From: an uncultured Ruficoccus sp.
GTDB taxonomy: Bacteria; Verrucomicrobiota; Verrucomicrobiia; Opitutales; Cerasicoccaceae
DNA: 64,000 bases
Direction of reading: 5' to 3'
NCBI GenBank assembly: GCA_965140785.1
Contig: OZ223497.1
Coordinates: forward strand, 96,001-160,000
Shown: positions 18,984-29,480 of the stretch, one piece after another
Layout: each line of letters opens with the position of its first letter
Position numbering within the stretch: the first letter of the stretch is position 1
Position numbers and translations under genes: made by a program
The notes under the pieces: model-generated
What the model saw: the letters and a program-made list of their open reading frames with translations, nothing else
What the model was told of the DNA's origin: nothing
Database searches by the model: none

Positions 18984-20522
18984 ATGCATTTTTATAAAAA
19001 TAAGAAACCAAATATTATCTATATCCTGGGTGATGATCACAGGGCAGATTTTCTTGGCATTGCCGGCCACCCGGTCTTGAGAACTCCGAATCTGGATAAG
19101 CTGGCAGGGGATGGAGTCTATTTTACGAACGCTTTCTGTACCAGTCCAATATGTACGCCTAGCCGATGCTCTCATTACCTGGGACAATGGGAGAGAAAAC
19201 ATGGTGTTAATTTTAATAGTGACTCAAGCGTCTCGCCTAGGGCTTGGCAAAAAAGCTTTCCATCTCTGCTCAGAGAATCTGGATATTTTACCGGATGGGT
19301 GGGGAAAAACCACGTTCCGGTCGGGGACGGGGGATACAAGAGCGGTTTTCTAGAACAAGAATTTGATTATTGGTATGGTAATCACGGGCATAGCGGGTTC
19401 TATCCGAAGGAGTGTCCTGGAGTTACAATATACAGCAATTCCAGGTATCATACCCAGGTTGAAGTGTTTGAGGAGGGAGTTATGAATTTTCTCGATCCCA
19501 AACCCGATTTTATCGGAAGTTGCGATTTTCCGCTTCCGACTAGACCCCGGGACCGGCCTTTTTGCCTTTGCTTGACTTTTAATTTGCCACATGATTTCGG
19601 CGTTGAATCGATGCAGTTACGCCCAGAGGACGATGAGATATACAAATCTCTCTACCGTGACCAGTTCAACGGCATGCCATTACCTATAACCTATGAAGAC
19701 TATACAAGCAGAAAGCCTCGGGTGCCCAAAAAAATCTATAGTGGTGAATACCTAGGTATATATGATTATGTCAAACGACCGGTTCTTCTAAGAGAGCGGT
19801 TGGTGCGCTATTGCCAAGCAATTACTGGCATGGATCGAATGATTGGCCATATGCGTGAAAAACTTGATGAGATGGGTTTGTCGGAAAATACCATTATCGT
19901 GTTCTCCACAGATCACGGAATTCACCACGGCGAGCATGGACTCGGAGGAAAATGCTTTCTTTATGAGGAAGATATTCGTATCCCTTTGATCATATTCGAT
20001 CCCCGTGTCAGGACTAAAAGAATTCGAGATGAATTTGCGTTAGTCCCAGACTTAGCTCCAACTATATTGGAGTTGGCGGGGCTGGAGATTCCGGACACTA
20101 TGCAGGGCACAAGCCTTGTTCCACTTCTTGAGGGAAGGGGTGTCGGATGGCGGGAAGAGTTTTTTACTGAACAGTTGATGGACATCCAAAATTACCCGCG
20201 AAGCGAGAGCATCCGCACAAAAGACTGGAAATATATCCGCTATTTTAAACGAGCTGAAGATCCAGAACAAAAAGACAAACCATACCGTGGCACTATTGAT
20301 AATTATATTGAATGCCTAAGTTCTTCTTTAAGGAGTGAAAAACCTGTTTATGAGGAATTATTCGATCTTTCAAATGATTCCCAGGAAATATGTAATCTTG
20401 CAGAAGATCCCCGATATAATGATATCCTTGCTTCGCTACGAAGAAAAATAATAAGGAGAGGATTGCAATTATTGCCCAAAGGCGACCTTCCAAGCACTTG
20501 CCCTAATATACGACTGCGATAA
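18984..20522 (+). CDS. Formylglycine-dependent sulfatase
   Basis: KPNIIYILGDD, CTPSR, GKNH, STDHG, YEEDIRIP. Confidence 0.93.
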   Translation: MHFYKNKKPNIIYILGDDHRADFLGIAGHPVLRTPNLDKLAGDGVYFTNAFCTSPICTPSRCSHYLGQWERKHGVNFNSDSSVSPRAWQKSFPSLLRESGYFTGWVGKNHVPVGDGGYKSGFLEQEFDYWYGNHGHSGFYPKECPGVTIYSNSRYHTQVEVFEEGVMNFLDPKPDFIGSCDFPLPTRPRDRPFCLCLTFNLPHDFGVESMQLRPEDDEIYKSLYRDQFNGMPLPITYEDYTSRKPRVPKKIYSGEYLGIYDYVKRPVLLRERLVRYCQAITGMDRMIGHMREKLDEMGLSENTIIVFSTDHGIHHGEHGLGGKCFLYEEDIRIPLIIFDPRVRTKRIRDEFALVPDLAPTILELAGLEIPDTMQGTSLVPLLEGRGVGWREEFFTEQLMDIQNYPRSESIRTKDWKYIRYFKRAEDPEQKDKPYRGTIDNYIECLSSSLRSEKPVYEELFDLSNDSQEICNLAEDPRYNDILASLRRKIIRRGLQLLPKGDLPSTCPNIRLR

Positions 20523-20885
20523 AGCGCCTCGGTCGGGAGCCCCGTGGACAAGCCCTGACGGCGTCGGCGCGGTTTAGCTGCGGGTACTCACAGGTGATCC
20601 TCGAGGCGTACGCGCTGCACGCGAGCTTCTTGATCACGGCCAGCCCTCATCACGCCGCTTTTACGTGATCTTGCGGTAGCCGTAAACGGATACTTCCTGG
20701 ACATCTTCACGGTCTCCGACTCCAGCAAACGTTACTTCTCAGGCAAGGGCTTAGGGCGATACCGGTAGGTCGAGCGATGCATACGCAGCCACCGGCATAC
20801 CTGTCTCCCGGAGCACCTAAGCGCAGCGATGATCTTCGTGGTGGCGCTCCGCTGGCGATCTGGGCTCAGGCGTTTTTTTTAACGC
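20523..20885 (-). mobile_element. Degenerate IS3 remnant related to 4182-4545
   Basis: Colinear similarity including the slippery run; several indels and stops. Confidence 0.85.
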
Positions 20886-20963
20886 AAACTGGGCCACTTG
20901 CAAAGCTAGTCTGGGTCTTTAGAAAGGACTCAGAGTATGAAAGGCAAGCGATACAGTGCCGAA
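20886..20963 (+). mobile_element. Left-end stub of another IS3-like element
   Basis: AAACTGGGCCA IR-like motif followed by ATG AAA GGC AAG CGA TAC AGT GCC GAA (MKGKRYSAE, typical orfA start). Confidence 0.5.
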
Positions 20964-21043
20964 AATAAACCGCATATTACGGGCAGTCAATGTGGGCAAA
21001 TCTATTGTTGATGTCTGCCAAGACCAATCAGTCCGGTCGGTTT

Positions 21044-22084
21044 TCAATGGTGCTTGTGCTTAAGTGGGATGGCCATGTTCCAGGTGTTGATCGCTTGCCT
21101 GAACCCTCCGGGGCCATCGGCGGTTGCCGCGAACAGACACAGAGGGAGGCCATCGGTGTCGAAGAGTATTTGCGGCCGCTCGACACTGCCAAGTTCAATT
21201 GTTTCACCATCGGTATAGGTAATGGTCCTGGAGTAGGCCTTGGGAGGACTCGCCAATGTCCAGTTCAGCCCGTCCGAAGACAGAAAGTGTGCCCCGGCGT
21301 TTACTTCACTGGTCAGTCCCCCCTTAATGTCCTTGGCGAGCATCTCATAGTGGTCATTGTTCCACCAGACGAAGGGGTCCTCCACGTGATTATCGCCCGA
21401 CACACGTAAGACGGGATCGTCCGAGAACCGTCGATAGGGACCCAGAGGGTGGTCCGCTCCGGCCAGGCCCAGGCGCAAGCCATTTGGCGTGTTCGAGCGA
21501 TAAAACATCAGCACCCGTCCGTCCGGATGGATGCACGGGGCCGGATTGGTGACAACCGTGCCGTCCCATTTGCCAGGCCGGGGTTCTAGTATTGGATGGT
21601 TTAGGACCGTCCAAGGGCCTTCCAGCGATTGCGCGGTGGCCAGGCCAATTCTGATGTTCGAATAGCTCTCCTGGCACTGGGCCGTCTGCGAGGGGTCGAT
21701 CTGACCGCCGGGAATTTCCCCGCTATAGGTTGAGCCTATGTAATAAAGAAAATAGGTGTCCCCATATTTATGGATGGTCGGGTTGTGAGCCATGCGCCCA
21801 TCCCACGCATCGGAAGAGCTACAGGGCAGGACGGTTTCTGCATATTGATAGGGACCTTCCGGGGTATCGGCGACGGCACGGACGATTTCCGAGGTTACTA
21901 TGTACCCGGCGAACATCGGGAGCGCCTTGGGCCAGCGGGAGGCAAACATGTGATATTTTCCGGACTGATCGGCGATGACTGAGCCACACCAAACCCAGTA
22001 GTTTTCCATGCGAAACCCGCCATGGCGGGGCACGGGCTGTATGCGCTCAAAGAAGGAAGGTGGTTGCTGTAGCTGCTTTGTCAT
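21044..22084 (-). CDS. Five-bladed beta-propeller glycoside hydrolase (GH43-like)
   Basis: WVWCGSVI, YHMFASRW, AHNPTI, TNPAP, EDPFVW, ERPQI; start may extend to 22159. Confidence 0.82.
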   Translation of the reverse strand: MTKQLQQPPSFFERIQPVPRHGGFRMENYWVWCGSVIADQSGKYHMFASRWPKALPMFAGYIVTSEIVRAVADTPEGPYQYAETVLPCSSSDAWDGRMAHNPTIHKYGDTYFLYYIGSTYSGEIPGGQIDPSQTAQCQESYSNIRIGLATAQSLEGPWTVLNHPILEPRPGKWDGTVVTNPAPCIHPDGRVLMFYRSNTPNGLRLGLAGADHPLGPYRRFSDDPVLRVSGDNHVEDPFVWWNNDHYEMLAKDIKGGLTSEVNAGAHFLSSDGLNWTLASPPKAYSRTITYTDGETIELGSVERPQILFDTDGLPLCLFAATADGPGGFRQAINTWNMAIPLKHKHH

Positions 22085-22308
22085 GATGGTAGGTCCAGAG
22101 TCGATATCTTTGGAGTGCCTCATCTTTAAGCGAGTCGGGATGAGTGCTTGCTGATGCATAGACTTGGCGTGTTTTCACGGATCGCCTCCCTGTCAGCGCA
22201 GGCCGTCATTGATGGGTGAAGCTTACTCGCCTTCCTGCCGGCTCGCCTCATGGCCACTTCGATTAAGCGGTCATGAGCGTATCGGGTCGTAGCCGGAAGA
22301 GGAGGCCT

Positions 22309-23001
22309 TTAATTCACCGGCACTGACTCGACATGCCAGTCAAAGAAAAGTGTGTTGCGGAAGTCTCCGTGAACCACACCCGCGACCCCGGCATCCATAT
22401 CCCGCACGGCCCACAGCGTGCTGGCATCGACCAGGCTGTTGAGCGTGCTCAATCGCAGGGGGCTGTCGGTCACGGACATGTCACCGACTTTCCCCCACGG
22501 AGATAGTCTCAATGTTCCCGATCTCAGATTTGAAATTGCCCATTGACAGACATAGGAGGACGAGGTCGCGGTCCAGTCCGATTCGGGGACGATACGCTCG
22601 AAAGCCGGGCAGACGCAGATCCGGCAAATCTCGCGGTCAGAATAGGCGGGGGCCTCATCCCTCATCCCCAGATATTGGCCGACATAGTACAACATGAACT
22701 TATCCTGCCCGGTCCTGAAGTAGTAGATGCCGAATGTTGAGTATGCCGGCCCCGGAAGCATGCCCGAGTGGTCATTGGTGTACAGGGATATGGCTGTTCC
22801 GATTTGCCTCAGGTTCGACGCGCACGTCACTTTTTCCGAGCTGCTTCTTATCCGGCCAATAACCGACACAACAATCGCCGCCAGAATCGCAATCACTGCG
22901 ATGCTCGCCAACAGTTCGATTAAACTGAACGCGCAAGGGGATGCCCCGGACCTACGCCGATGGATGCCCGTTGAAGACTGGACTGATATCACCTCATGCA
23001 T
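22309..23001 (-). CDS. Prepilin-type N-terminal cleavage/methylation protein with an H-X9-DW motif
   Basis: A|FSLIELLASIAVIAILAAI; CASNLRQIG; HGDFRNTLFFDWHV. Confidence 0.9.
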   Translation of the reverse strand: MHEVISVQSSTGIHRRRSGASPCAFSLIELLASIAVIAILAAIVVSVIGRIRSSSEKVTCASNLRQIGTAISLYTNDHSGMLPGPAYSTFGIYYFRTGQDKFMLYYVGQYLGMRDEAPAYSDREICRICVCPAFERIVPESDWTATSSSYVCQWAISNLRSGTLRLSPWGKVGDMSVTDSPLRLSTLNSLVDASTLWAVRDMDAGVAGVVHGDFRNTLFFDWHVESVPVN

Positions 23002-23109
23002 AGCGGATTCGTCAAGCTCTTCTCATTGATATTGCCGTTTTCTCGTGTAACCCAAACCTTGGCATTAAACGAAAAAATATTTCTTTCAACGCCCTAAATG
23101 CGATGCCGC

Positions 23110-24045
23110 TTACCGCCTTCTCCTGCGTGCCCATGCCATGACCATGATGGCCACCCCCAAGGTCACCGACGTGGCGCCGGACTCTGGGATGGCGATGTCC
23201 GCCTCCCGAACGGCTTCCAACTGTGGGGCAGACAGGGCCGAGTCGTAGAGACGGATGTTATCCAGATCGCCGTCAAAGGGAGATAGATAATAGTGCCCAC
23301 CGATTAAGAAGGTCGAAGCACTGATCGTGACGGTGCCTGCATTGAGGGTGGTCGTTTGGACAAGCGTCAGGGAGGAGGAGTCGCTGGCATCGCCGACGTA
23401 CAAGGAGACATTGTTCGTGGACAAGGTGCTGTCGTATGTAACGGCGAAGTACACCCATTCGGATATGGCCGTGTAGCTGGCCAGGCTGATAATGCTGGTG
23501 CCGTTGACCGCCAACGACAGGCGCCCGCCAGCGGTGGTGAAGCCCTTGAGTTTTATCCCGCCGCCCTCGACGAGAATGGAATCGTTGCCAATGATGACCC
23601 CATCGGTCTTAAACCACCCGCTAATAGTAAAGGCTGTCAATGTCCCGAGGGTCACTGTTCCGGAGGCATAGCCGCCGGTGTTGCTCGAGCTCCCCATCCC
23701 GGAGGATGCGCTGTTGTCAAAAGAAAGATCCTCGGTCGTTCCAGATACTCCGCTGCCGGCACTGCCGTGCAGATCGGCACGGTTACCGTCCGAGTTGTAC
23801 ATGGTCAAGTCGTTGCCGGAGGAGCTGCCGGTGTTCTCCGCGGTCCAGTTATTGGTCGATGCGGTTTCGTCGAACAGATATTCGAGCACTGCGGTCTGGG
23901 CGTGCAGGCCCGGAGCGCTTACCAGTGCAACGCAGGCCAACGCGGCCAGAACTGCGCTGCGTGGAACGTTCCCGGAGTGGCTTAAAAACCTTATGATAAG
24001 GGCGATAGCTTTTTTGCGTATATTCGAGATAACTGAGTCCTTCAT
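23110..24045 (-). CDS. LamG-like PEP-CTERM-type protein, paralog of 9876-10805
   Basis: HAQTAVLEYLFDETA shared with the paralog; IPESGATSV, TM helix, RRRR; ATG at 24045. Confidence 0.87.
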   Translation of the reverse strand: MKDSVISNIRKKAIALIIRFLSHSGNVPRSAVLAALACVALVSAPGLHAQTAVLEYLFDETASTNNWTAENTGSSSGNDLTMYNSDGNRADLHGSAGSGVSGTTEDLSFDNSASSGMGSSSNTGGYASGTVTLGTLTAFTISGWFKTDGVIIGNDSILVEGGGIKLKGFTTAGGRLSLAVNGTSIISLASYTAISEWVYFAVTYDSTLSTNNVSLYVGDASDSSSLTLVQTTTLNAGTVTISASTFLIGGHYYLSPFDGDLDNIRLYDSALSAPQLEAVREADIAIPESGATSVTLGVAIMVMAWARRRRR

Positions 24046-24685
24046 TGTATGCTGGGGTTTGAGGTAAGTGACGTGGCTCAATGCACGGGGAGTCTCATGT
24101 GTACTTATCATTATGGACAGCCCGAATATGTACAAACACATCGATGTGCTTGCCCATGCACAGCGCCGGTTAATGTCTAATGGGAGACTATTCCGATTAA
24201 CCTGCACAAATGAGATCGTGCATCAATGAGGAGACAGGCAAGCCACCTGGGAAATGGATGGTCTGGAAGCCCGACCTTGCTGCGAGTAACGCCACTAGCC
24301 TAGATGCATGTCACAACTATTTATTAAATAAATGCTTATAGCTTTAATTCACGAAATTTCGGGCGCGAAGAACTTCCGCGCATCCTGCTAACGAGATCGC
24401 TTTGCTCAAAAGCAAAAAATGTTATCGTCTCGCTCACGCCAGGTTTATCAACGTGGGCTGGAGCGAAAAAGTTGATGCTATCGCTGTGGTTCTGAAAATC
24501 TCAAAAAAAAGCATAATGAGCATGCAATATTAGGATGCTATGCCTATTCATTTTTCGTAATGTAATCACATAGTATCAATCAGAAGCAGTGCCCTGCGGA
24601 GGATAACTCCTTCGCAGACCCGTCCCATCTTTTGTTCCTGCGGTCCGGCCCGGATGGCAGGTCAGGTCAGTACCGAATTTACCAT

Positions 24686-25413
24686 TCAGTGCGGGCTCAC
24701 TGTAGCGATTTCTAGTTCACACAGCCGGAGGATTCCATCCTCGCAGCGGTTAAAGAGGATGTATTTTCCGCCGCGTGAAAATACCGGATGGGTATGGGAT
24801 TTTATTTCAACATCCGGGACTTCGGTTCTATCGATGACGGGATATTTCGTGAACGGGATGAGCGGGGGCATCGCCTGGATGAGCATGCTGAACAGATAGA
24901 TGGTCTGGTTCCTTTTATCGCAGGTATCCAGAACGATGAACTTGCCGTCTGGAGAGGGGGACTGGTGGCTTCCTCCGCTTATGGGCTGGTCGGAGAGGAC
25001 CTTGAGGCTATGGGAGGTGGTGTCATATCCGGCTGACAGCCCGCCTTCGTCCAGCGCGTAGTTGCTGAGCGCTCCGAAATCCGTGCCCAGGGGCTGACGC
25101 ATGAAACGATGCTTTTGCTGTCGGGGCACCACATAATGTGGCAACCTAACCTCCCGACAAAATCAATGTTGCTGCCGTCAATAACTGAAATGAAATAATC
25201 GTGCACGAGTGTCCCGTGACGGGAAACCAGAAACAGAATGACCTTTTTCTGGTTGGGACTAATCTCCGCGCTAAAGCGCAGCAGGATACCCGAGTCCTTG
25301 ATGTCGTTACCTCTGGGGTGCGCGGCCAGGAGCGTTTGTATGTTTGTGATTTCAGAGCGCTCGCTCCCGTCGATGCGGTTGAGGTAGACTCCCATCTTAT
25401 GCTGCTCCTGCAA
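24686..25413 (-). pseudogene. Fragmented TolB-like/oligogalacturonate-lyase-like beta-propeller
   Basis: HIMWCPDSK, HQSPSPDGKFIV, HTHPVFSRGGKYILFN split over two frames; 5' end disrupted. Confidence 0.65.
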
Positions 25414-25601
25414 GGGGAAATCTTCATTTCTCTCGATGAAGGAACGATCTCGCCGCCCACTGTAATTGCACAGGATGCCCTGAGGCTGGATCGTCTGGGT
25501 TGTTTTTTTCCAATGACATAGACGGCTACGACATTCTCTTTTTCTGAGCGAGCGGATGTAAATGCTTGCTCATGCATTGGAGATGATTATCCTATCATCC
25601 A

Positions 25602-26636
25602 TTGATGTCCTCTCCCACGAACAGGCCCCCCTCGATGGACGATGTCGCGCGTGTTGCCGGTGTGCACCAGACGACGGTTTCGCGGTGTTTACGCAATGAC
25701 CCGAGAATCCGAGAATCCGTACGCAACCGGGTCAAGCAGGTGGCGAAGGAATTGGGATACCGCCCCAACGCTATGCTGTCCGCTCTGGGGGCCATGAGGC
25801 GTAGCCGGGCGAGCGTTTCTTACCAAACTCCTTTGGCCTACATTAACTACGAGCGTGATAAGTCGCCGATGCAGACTGAGCACCTGGATGGAGCCCGCCA
25901 AGCTGCGGAAAAGCTCGGCTATAAGCTGGAGGTATTTACGCTCAACGACGACCTGCATGACGACCGACTGAGTAACATTCTTGTGGCCAGAAACATACTC
26001 GGGGTTATTATTGGGCCGTTGCCCTACGCTCATGGAAAGTTTACCCTACAATGGGAGAAGTTTGCTTCCGTGAGTATCAGCTATGCTTTCGCGGAGCCGT
26101 TGCTGGACCGCGTGGTAACGGACAGTTTTAAGGCTATGACCTTTGCTGTCCACGAATGCTTGAACCGTGGGTATAAGCGCTTGGGCGTTCTTCTCAACAC
26201 GGTCAACGATGAGAGAAACGAGAACTTGCTGTCCGCTGCTTATGCCTTGGCGCGGGAGAAACGTTCCACGTTGGCCAACCTGCGGGCGATGATTATCCCA
26301 GCATGGGATGAAGCACGCATTGGACGCTGGATCACGAGAAGTCGTCCCGACGTCATCATCTCGTCGAACTCCCTGCTTCCGGATATATCGCAATGGCTAA
26401 AATCTCGAAAGATTCGCGTGCCCGATGATATTGGGTTGGTGAATCTAAATGCCAAAGAGTGGACTGATTACAGCGGTATCAGCGAATGCACCCCGGAGCT
26501 TGGAGCCTCTGCCGTCAAGTTGCTGGTGCAAAAGCTCTATCACAATGAATTCGGGATTCCCAAGTCGCGCGTGACCCTGGTGAACGACTGCTACTGGTAT
26601 GAAGGCAAGACTCTGCGTCCTCCCGCGTCTGCTTGA
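25602..26636 (+). CDS. LacI-family regulator
   Basis: SMDDVARVAGVHQTTVSRCL; LGYRPNAMLSAL; VPDDIG. Confidence 0.9.
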   Translation: MMSSPTNRPPSMDDVARVAGVHQTTVSRCLRNDPRIRESVRNRVKQVAKELGYRPNAMLSALGAMRRSRASVSYQTPLAYINYERDKSPMQTEHLDGARQAAEKLGYKLEVFTLNDDLHDDRLSNILVARNILGVIIGPLPYAHGKFTLQWEKFASVSISYAFAEPLLDRVVTDSFKAMTFAVHECLNRGYKRLGVLLNTVNDERNENLLSAAYALAREKRSTLANLRAMIIPAWDEARIGRWITRSRPDVIISSNSLLPDISQWLKSRKIRVPDDIGLVNLNAKEWTDYSGISECTPELGASAVKLLVQKLYHNEFGIPKSRVTLVNDCYWYEGKTLRPPASA

Positions 26637-26662
26637 GCGAACCGAGTGGAGAAGTGACACGC

Positions 26663-29461
26663 TTAGTCCAAGCGGTCGAATGCCTGGCGAACAACGGCCC
26701 TTTCGTCCTTTTCATAGATCGCAATATTGATGGGGGACTTCAACCCCATCGCTCGAAAGGTACGTTCGACGACCAATGCCAGTTGCCAGTAATGGTCCTC
26801 GCGGGTGTCCACACTCGGTGGCTCCTGCGGGAGCGGGAGCTGCGGTTGCCTGAGGAGAGAGCGGTAGATGGAGCGAGAAGGGCTCAGATAAGCTTCCTCG
26901 GGAGCAATCTCCAGCAGATGCGTCAGGGCTTCGGCAATTTTATCGTGGGGTGCATCTTCGACTTTAGCCACCAGACGTTCCAGCGTGAGAGCGAGTGCAC
27001 AGCGAAGGTCGAAAGGAGCTGTCGAGTCGAACGCGACTTCAAACAGTGAAGGAAGGCATTGTTCCGTCCCGCATATTCTGAGCAGGTTGATGGCGAGAAA
27101 CCAGTTGGGCACATCGATCCACTGGTTAAACGCACCCCGGGCGACATGGGGCGTTTCTTGTCCACGCTCTCGTGTTTGCAAGGCATGGATAAGTCGTGGC
27201 TCGGCACGTTCGTCTCCCCACATGGCCACGACGGTGGCCGCCAGCCAGGAGACGGGAGCCAGATCTGACGCCAGGCGCTTCAGCACTTCGGTTTCGTATC
27301 GAGTACGATCCTGATAAAGTGTCCAAAGGAAGCCGGATGCCAGGCCCTTGTCCAATTGTTCGAGCGGGGATTCCTGCCATTTGTCAGTTGATTTCGCAGC
27401 ACTCAGCGCGTTCGTCTCGGCCAGTTTATCTCGCCATATCTCTGGCGTGAGATCCTTGAGCGGGCGTTTGTCGCGGGTGCTGGCAATTGAGGCATAAGCG
27501 GCGGCCTCCGCCATGCGCTGGACATCCCGCTGCACTCTTACCGCATAGGCGGCATCGGTGCTGGCTCCGAGTGCTCGACAAGCCAGGCAGAGGTTGTCCA
27601 GATCGGGTAAAAGCAACGCTCCAAACGGAAGTCCGGCGTGCCCGATTCCGCGGAAGTGCTTACAAGCCCAAAGCCAGAACAGTACCTCATCGCTCTCAAA
27701 GGCAAAATCGATACTATGGGTGTCGAGTGGCGAGCGGACTTGCCCGATACTGTCGGGACAGTCCGTATGCCGGATCAAGTCATCCAGTCCCAACCTTTTG
27801 AGCGTGATAAAGTTTCTCGACTGACGAATTCCCAATGTCGGCGCCATTTGCAGGATGTGTTCATCATCAGTGGAGATTTCATTGCGGTAGAGGGTGATCG
27901 CGGTGAGGCGCGCACGGGTCAGATCTTCTGGATCAGTCGGGTCTGCCCAACCCACATCGAAGTTATTACCTCCCACCTCGCGTTTGTTTTCCTTTAGGGC
28001 GAGCTTCCAGCACGCCTGCGAATAGCTCAGGCATAGCCCATCGCCCGGTCGCCCTTGTTCAAAGCGCGCACCAGCCAGCGCGGCGAGGTCTCCATCCCCG
28101 GTCGAGTCTATGACCGCGGCTGGCTTGATCCTAAGCAGTCTGGTCGCAGTTGCGGCCATGACTTCAGTTACGCGTCCATGCTCGGTGGTCACATCATAGG
28201 CCAACGTTTCGTTCAAAAAGTTGCTGGTCTCGTTTTTATACAATAAGGCAAAGGCGAGCTTCTTTGCCTGGACTGATCCATTGTAGCTATCGATTCGCTG
28301 ACATGGGTCGAGTCGTTTGACGTACTGTTGCTTCTCGGCGTCCAGTTCTTCAAAAAATCCTCCCGGCTGGCCATGGAAGTAGGTAGAAATGAAGCCGTCG
28401 GTTGATATGCCTCCGCTCGTAGGTGACGTGTCGATTGCGACAACCTGGGCTCCCTCGCGTTGGGCGGTCAGCGCGGCCATTGCCCCACCGGTTCCCGTTC
28501 CGGCCACCAGAATTTCGCAACTGATTTCGGTGATGGGTAACGATATTGTCTGCTCAACGCCGTCATCTTGAGCGGCTTGTGTGGCGGACAGGGAGCCAAC
28601 GGCCTCTAGGCCCAAGCTGAAGCGATCTGCCAGAGCCCTAATCATACGCCCGGTAAGCGCTGGGCTAGCTGATACGAGATTACCCATAATCGCAGGTCCA
28701 TGAGGGAAGTCCTCAGTGGCATCAAACTCAGCGATGGGGCTTGAAAGTAATATGATAGAGGCCTCTTTATTCTCCCCTTCAAGCGAGTCGCGAAAAGCCA
28801 GAGAACTGTTAGCTAACTCCGAAATCGCCATTGGCGAGTCGGATCGAAAGCAAACCGTGTATTCGTTTTCCCAAGGTCTCTTTTCGATGTCAACCGACTG
28901 AGGTAAGGATGTCAGATCGGATTTCTCGATGTCCTTGAGTCCCATGACGAGCGTACGATTCGCATAGCATGACGGTGTGCGCATCGGAAGCCTCGGCTCT
29001 GGTGAGAGGCGAAATAAGGCCGCTTCGTCCGACGCATCAATCCATCGCTTGGCACGAATCTGTCGTCGCCCGCTTTTTGTGCCAACGACAACGGAGCGGA
29101 GAGTATTCCCACGCCAGCTTCCTTCTATGGGGTACGCCTGCAAGAGTGTCCGTATGTTATCGCGCTTTTCACGTAGCGTTGCGCACGCGAGTATTTCCGC
29201 TCCGGCGCAGTCGATCAATCCAGGTTTGCTCCAGCCATTCCGGGAGAGATGATCGAACCATTCTGTCCATTCGGTGGATTCGAGATGGCCGGCTTCGGTG
29301 GCCAACCCACGGCCAGACTCCCACAGCACTTCAAAGCGTCGGTGGAAAAGTAGCACGCTCAGGCCTTGATCCGAGGCCTTAAGCGCGGCGGCAAAGGCGG
29401 CATAACCGCTACCATAGATGGCAAGGTCGAAGGTATGGTTAAAGATAGATGTATAGCTCAT
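26663..29461 (-). CDS. FAD-dependent oxidoreductase with duplicated FAD domains and a HEAT-like C-terminus
   Basis: IYGSGYAA...WIDAS and VAGTGTGG...IDSTGDGDLAALAGA; LGIRQSR; ATG at 29461. Confidence 0.82.
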   Translation of the reverse strand: MSYTSIFNHTFDLAIYGSGYAAFAAALKASDQGLSVLLFHRRFEVLWESGRGLATEAGHLESTEWTEWFDHLSRNGWSKPGLIDCAGAEILACATLREKRDNIRTLLQAYPIEGSWRGNTLRSVVVGTKSGRRQIRAKRWIDASDEAALFRLSPEPRLPMRTPSCYANRTLVMGLKDIEKSDLTSLPQSVDIEKRPWENEYTVCFRSDSPMAISELANSSLAFRDSLEGENKEASIILLSSPIAEFDATEDFPHGPAIMGNLVSASPALTGRMIRALADRFSLGLEAVGSLSATQAAQDDGVEQTISLPITEISCEILVAGTGTGGAMAALTAQREGAQVVAIDTSPTSGGISTDGFISTYFHGQPGGFFEELDAEKQQYVKRLDPCQRIDSYNGSVQAKKLAFALLYKNETSNFLNETLAYDVTTEHGRVTEVMAATATRLLRIKPAAVIDSTGDGDLAALAGARFEQGRPGDGLCLSYSQACWKLALKENKREVGGNNFDVGWADPTDPEDLTRARLTAITLYRNEISTDDEHILQMAPTLGIRQSRNFITLKRLGLDDLIRHTDCPDSIGQVRSPLDTHSIDFAFESDEVLFWLWACKHFRGIGHAGLPFGALLLPDLDNLCLACRALGASTDAAYAVRVQRDVQRMAEAAAYASIASTRDKRPLKDLTPEIWRDKLAETNALSAAKSTDKWQESPLEQLDKGLASGFLWTLYQDRTRYETEVLKRLASDLAPVSWLAATVVAMWGDERAEPRLIHALQTRERGQETPHVARGAFNQWIDVPNWFLAINLLRICGTEQCLPSLFEVAFDSTAPFDLRCALALTLERLVAKVEDAPHDKIAEALTHLLEIAPEEAYLSPSRSIYRSLLRQPQLPLPQEPPSVDTREDHYWQLALVVERTFRAMGLKSPINIAIYEKDERAVVRQAFDRLD

Positions 29462-29480
29462 GGGAAAATCAATTTTGGTA

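Noticed and set aside
24669..24680. GTACCGAA as another insert
   Set aside because: Lacks the hairpin and the GG(C/T)GAC half
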